Shown here: positions 57,509 through 60,687 of the stretch, piece by piece | Layout: every line of letters starts with the position of its first letter | How positions within the stretch are numbered: the first letter of the stretch is position 1 | Assembly: GCA_041557595.1 (NCBI GenBank) | Contig: JBFFGE010000004.1 | Span: 1-60,687 of the forward strand | DNA: 60,687 nt | Direction of reading: 5' to 3' | Source of the DNA: Alphaproteobacteria bacterium | GTDB taxonomy: Bacteria > Pseudomonadota > Alphaproteobacteria > UBA8366 | Translations under genes and position numbers: made by a program | Notes under the pieces: generated by a model | Told to the model about the DNA's origin: nothing | What the model saw: the letters and a program-made list of their open reading frames with translations, nothing else | The model's database searches: none

Positions 57509-58336
57509 TCACAGTTGCCGCAATTTGGGGTCGAGGCGATCCCGGAGCCAATCGCCGAACAGGTTAAAGGCAAGCACGACCAAGGTAATGGCGATCCCCG
57601 GTATCAGCGACAGCCACCAGGCGCTGGAAATCTTGCCGCGCCCTTCGGCGACCATCAATCCCCAGGATGGGGTCGGCGGCGGAACCCCGGCGCCGAGGAA
57701 ACTGAGCGAGGCTTCGGCCACGATCACCACGCCGACATGCAGGGTCAGCAGGACCATGAAGGTGTTCAGCACGTTCGGCAGGATATGCGTCGCCATGATG
57801 CGCATCGGCGAACAACCATGCACCCTGGCCAGTGCGACGAAGTCTCGTCCTTTCACGGCCAGCACCTCGCCGCGCACCACCCGGGCGAATCGCGCCCAAA
57901 GCAGCAGGCTGATGGCGATGACGATGGTTTGCAGACCCTGCCCCATTGTAACCGCCAGCAGCAAGGCAAAGAGGATGGTGGGGAAGGCGAGGGCCGCATC
58001 GACGATGCGCATGAGCAGACTGTCCAGGCGGCCGCCGACATAGCCGGAGACAATTCCGATCACAAGACCGACGCCGCCGCCCACCAGGAGCGCGAGCGCG
58101 GTCACGATCATGCTAACCCTGGCGCCATAAAACAGACGGCTGAGAACGTCGCGCCCGAATATATCGGTGCCGAGGATAAATTTCGTCGTTCCGCCTTCTT
58201 CCCAGACCGGAGGGATTAGCTTTTCGGGGAGCGATTGATCGATCGGCGAATGCGGAGAGATCAGGGGTGCGAAGATCGCCATGAACAGCATGGCAACGAT
58301 AATTCCCACTGACAGCCAAGGCAGGTTTCGCATCAT
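57509..58336 (-). CDS. Peptide/nickel-type ABC permease (DppC-like)
   Basis: LGTDIFGRD, YGARVS, EAA-like loop, HILPN, AEASLSFLG, P.PSWG. Confidence 0.92.
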   Translation of the reverse strand: MMRNLPWLSVGIIVAMLFMAIFAPLISPHSPIDQSLPEKLIPPVWEEGGTTKFILGTDIFGRDVLSRLFYGARVSMIVTALALLVGGGVGLVIGIVSGYVGGRLDSLLMRIVDAALAFPTILFALLLAVTMGQGLQTIVIAISLLLWARFARVVRGEVLAVKGRDFVALARVHGCSPMRIMATHILPNVLNTFMVLLTLHVGVVIVAEASLSFLGAGVPPPTPSWGLMVAEGRGKISSAWWLSLIPGIAITLVVLAFNLFGDWLRDRLDPKLRQL

Positions 58337-58340
58337 CTTG

Positions 58341-59261
58341 TTATTCCGCCAATCGGATGCGCGGGTCGATATATGCGTAGAGGATATCGACCATCAGATT
58401 GATGAGGAGGATAAGGACGGCGTCCATGATGATGACGGCCTGCAGGAGCGGGTAATCCCGGAAGATCACGGCTTCAAAGGTCAGCCGGCCGATGCCGGGC
58501 CAGGCGAAGACCGTTTCTGTGACGATGGCGCCGGTTACCAGGCCCCCCATGAACACGCCCCACAGCGAAAGCACCGGGATCAGTGCATTTCGCAGGCAAT
58601 GCTTCCAGACCACGGTTGTCTCGCTCAAACCCTTGATGCGGGCGAGCTTGACGAATTCGCTATCCAGGATATCCAGCATGCTGGATCGGATCAGCCGCAT
58701 GAACCCGGCGACAAGGAAGGTACCCAAGGTGATGGTCGGCAGGACGTAGTGAAGGGGCGTGCCCATGCGCGCGGAGGGCAGCCAGCCCAGCTGCACGCTG
58801 AAAATATAGATCAACAGGATTCCGAGCCAGAAGTTGGGCGTGGCGATCCCCAACACGGCGATGGTTCCCGAGACCCTGTCTATCATGCTGCCGCGGCGCA
58901 CCGCCGACACGATGCCGAGCGGAATGGCCATGATCATGGCGAGAATCATGGCGGCCGGAACGATCTTGAGGGTGTTGGGCAGGCGAGAAAAGAATATTTC
59001 CACCACTGGTCTGCGATAGCGGTGAGATACGCCGAGGTCGCCTTGCAGGACATTCACGACGAAGATGCCGAACTGTTTGTACATCGGGGCGTCCAGCCCC
59101 AAGGTTTCGATCAGGGCGATGCGGTCTTCTTCGGTCGCATCTTCCGGCAGCATTAGGTCGACCGGATTGCCGGTGAGGCGCCCGAGGAAAAAGACGATCG
59201 TCGTCACCAGAGCGAGGAGAATGATCCCCTGCCATAGCCGCTGCAAAATATAGCGCCGCAT
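58341..59261 (-). CDS. Peptide/nickel-type ABC permease (DppB-like)
   Basis: GDLGVS, PNFWLG, ARIKGL, HCLRNA, ETVFAWPGIG, RDYP, DPRIR. Confidence 0.92.
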   Translation of the reverse strand: MRRYILQRLWQGIILLALVTTIVFFLGRLTGNPVDLMLPEDATEEDRIALIETLGLDAPMYKQFGIFVVNVLQGDLGVSHRYRRPVVEIFFSRLPNTLKIVPAAMILAMIMAIPLGIVSAVRRGSMIDRVSGTIAVLGIATPNFWLGILLIYIFSVQLGWLPSARMGTPLHYVLPTITLGTFLVAGFMRLIRSSMLDILDSEFVKLARIKGLSETTVVWKHCLRNALIPVLSLWGVFMGGLVTGAIVTETVFAWPGIGRLTFEAVIFRDYPLLQAVIIMDAVLILLINLMVDILYAYIDPRIRLAE

Positions 59262-59321
59262 TTAATTTTGTCTTTCGGCAAGGGGAGTCCCCGCGGCCGC
59301 AAAGACCGCGGGACGAAACCC

Positions 59322-60687
59322 TTACTTCCAGGCCATTTGGCCAGGCAGAGGCATGCGCTCAAACACGTCGCCGAACTCGTGGCGTCCGGGAATTGGCTTG
59401 AACGCACCGACCTTCTTGGGATTGACGGCCCAGTAGCCCATCCCTTCGAGGATCGGAACCGCCACCCAGGAATCCGCCACCAACTTGATCATGCGGTTGG
59501 TGTTCTTGGTCCGGGTCGCGTCGTCCTGCTCCGCCACGACAAGCTTGTGAAGGCTGTTGAATTCCTTGCAGAGCGCCGGACAAATATTGTTGTCGCCCTT
59601 GGTGTTGCCGAACAGATGCGACAGGCTCTTGCTGTGAAAGCCCGACATGTATCGGGCGACGGCGACCGGCCGCCCCGCGGTGCGATACATGGAAGCGCCG
59701 CCCCGCAGTTTTTCTTGTCCCCGCCGCAATGCGCGGAAGGCGCCCCACTCATAGTGCTTGTATTTGACCTTGACGCCGATTTTGCTCCAGAAATCTGCGA
59801 CGGCCAGACCGATCTGGACCATATACGGGGTCCCCGGTAGGGCGGTATTGGCGAATTTGAGATCGAATCCGTTCGGATACCCCGCCTCGGTCAGCAGTTG
59901 TTTTGCCCGCGCCGGATCGTAGCGCAGAGCCTTCCGGCTCCAATCCCGCCATTTCTTCGTGTCCATATCGACGCTGTATCCGAAGGTGGCGAAGGGCATC
60001 GGCCAGCGCGCTTCGCCATTCATCACGTGGTCGATGATTTGCTTGCGGTCGATGGCGAGCGAGAGAGCTTCCCGCACGCGTTTGTCGGCGATCGGATTGC
60101 TTTTCTGATCGTCGCGATAGGTGCCCCAGAGATAATAGACGGCCTGCATCGTCGACGGGACCGAGACCACCTTCAACTTGGCCGACTTGACCTCCTTGAG
60201 CGATTCCGGGCTGATACTGGCGATTGCCGCCTCGCCGGTCCTGACCATGGCGACCCGGGTGCTTTCCTCGGGCACCAGCAGGAGGATCATGCGTTTGAAT
60301 TTGGGCGTGCCGCGCCAATGCGGATAGTCGACCGCTTCATACTCGATGCGGTCGCCGGGCACGCTTTTGACGATCTTCCAGGGGCCGCTGCCGACCGGAT
60401 TTTTGCGGAATTCGGCGACGCCGACCTTCTCGATGTATTTCTTGGGCATCATCTGCCCTTCCTGGAACACCGCCCGGCTCATGCTCGCGGGAAAGTGGAC
60501 CTGCACGCCCTTGGTGTTTACGCGCACGGTAAGGTCGTCGATCACCTCGATGCTCTTTACGTTCCGCCGTAACGCCGCCGAACGGGAGGCAACCGATTCC
60601 TTCGACATGGTGCGTTCGAGGCTGAATTTCACATCATGCGCGGTGAGGGGATCGCCATTGTGCCATCGCTGGCCTTTTCGAAGATAG
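59322..60687 (-). CDS. Family 5 ABC substrate-binding protein (DppA-like); 5' end outside window
   Basis: Frame stays open to the window edge with the SBP_bac_5 motif YLRKGQRWHNGDPLTAHDVKFS; also PVGSGPW, RVREALSLAIDR, YDPARAKQLL. Confidence 0.92.
   Translation of the reverse strand, partial: YLRKGQRWHNGDPLTAHDVKFSLERTMSKESVASRSAALRRNVKSIEVIDDLTVRVNTKGVQVHFPASMSRAVFQEGQMMPKKYIEKVGVAEFRKNPVGSGPWKIVKSVPGDRIEYEAVDYPHWRGTPKFKRMILLLVPEESTRVAMVRTGEAAIASISPESLKEVKSAKLKVVSVPSTMQAVYYLWGTYRDDQKSNPIADKRVREALSLAIDRKQIIDHVMNGEARWPMPFATFGYSVDMDTKKWRDWSRKALRYDPARAKQLLTEAGYPNGFDLKFANTALPGTPYMVQIGLAVADFWSKIGVKVKYKHYEWGAFRALRRGQEKLRGGASMYRTAGRPVAVARYMSGFHSKSLSHLFGNTKGDNNICPALCKEFNSLHKLVVAEQDDATRTKNTNRMIKLVADSWVAVPILEGMGYWAVNPKKVGAFKPIPGRHEFGDVFERMPLPGQMAWK

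Noticed and set aside
12423-57567. Many long antisense or alternate-frame ORFs (for example 12423-14270, 34684-36627, 36233-37990, 51147-53093, 53479-55560)
   Set aside because: Typical high-GC shadow ORFs overlapping well-supported genes; Arg/Ala/Gly-rich with no domain motifs.
45437-59313. GC-rich hairpins after the binding-protein genes (about 45437-45465 after tctC; about 59286-59313 after the family 5 SBP gene)
   Set aside because: Ordinary intra-operon stabilising or attenuating stems expected after SBP genes; not a shared repeat family.

Overview
High-GC, gene-dense bacterial chromosomal window, most likely Alphaproteobacteria (inferred from gene families and repeat types). The left half (1-28 kb) is a low-oxygen island: an APH/AAA_33 kinase, an MgtC/DUF4010 protein, two universal stress proteins, three c-type cytochromes, an FNT channel, a rhodanese, a Pat-type acetyltransferase and a MacAB-like exporter. 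It ends in a complete narK1-narK2-narGHJI-PPIase operon, and about 10 FNR/FixK-type boxes (TTGA-N6-TCAA) sit in its intergenic gaps. The middle holds tamAB and a BT1 transporter. The right half is a catabolic/sulfur region: a family III CoA transferase, an MmgE/PrpD protein, persulfide dioxygenase-BigR-YgaP, a TTT transporter with phnA, an LVIVD propeller with a CobW GTPase, an alpha/beta hydrolase, an orphan Mo-hydroxylase large subunit, a cupin, a MetE-like protein and a Dpp-type ABC importer. Unannotated signals of most interest: (i) a candidate FNR-driven sRNA of about 250 nt with an exposed anti-Shine-Dalgarno loop and its own terminator (about 6334-6584); (ii) two families of 75-107 bp palindromic intergenic repeats, mostly fused to TAG stop codons; (iii) a His-lined LVIVD propeller/COG0523 chaperone pair inside an unassigned catabolic cluster; (iv) a short hydantoinase/oxoprolinase gene remnant. 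I saw no tRNA, rRNA, CRISPR array or transposase. All assignments come from reading motifs by eye; no database search was run.
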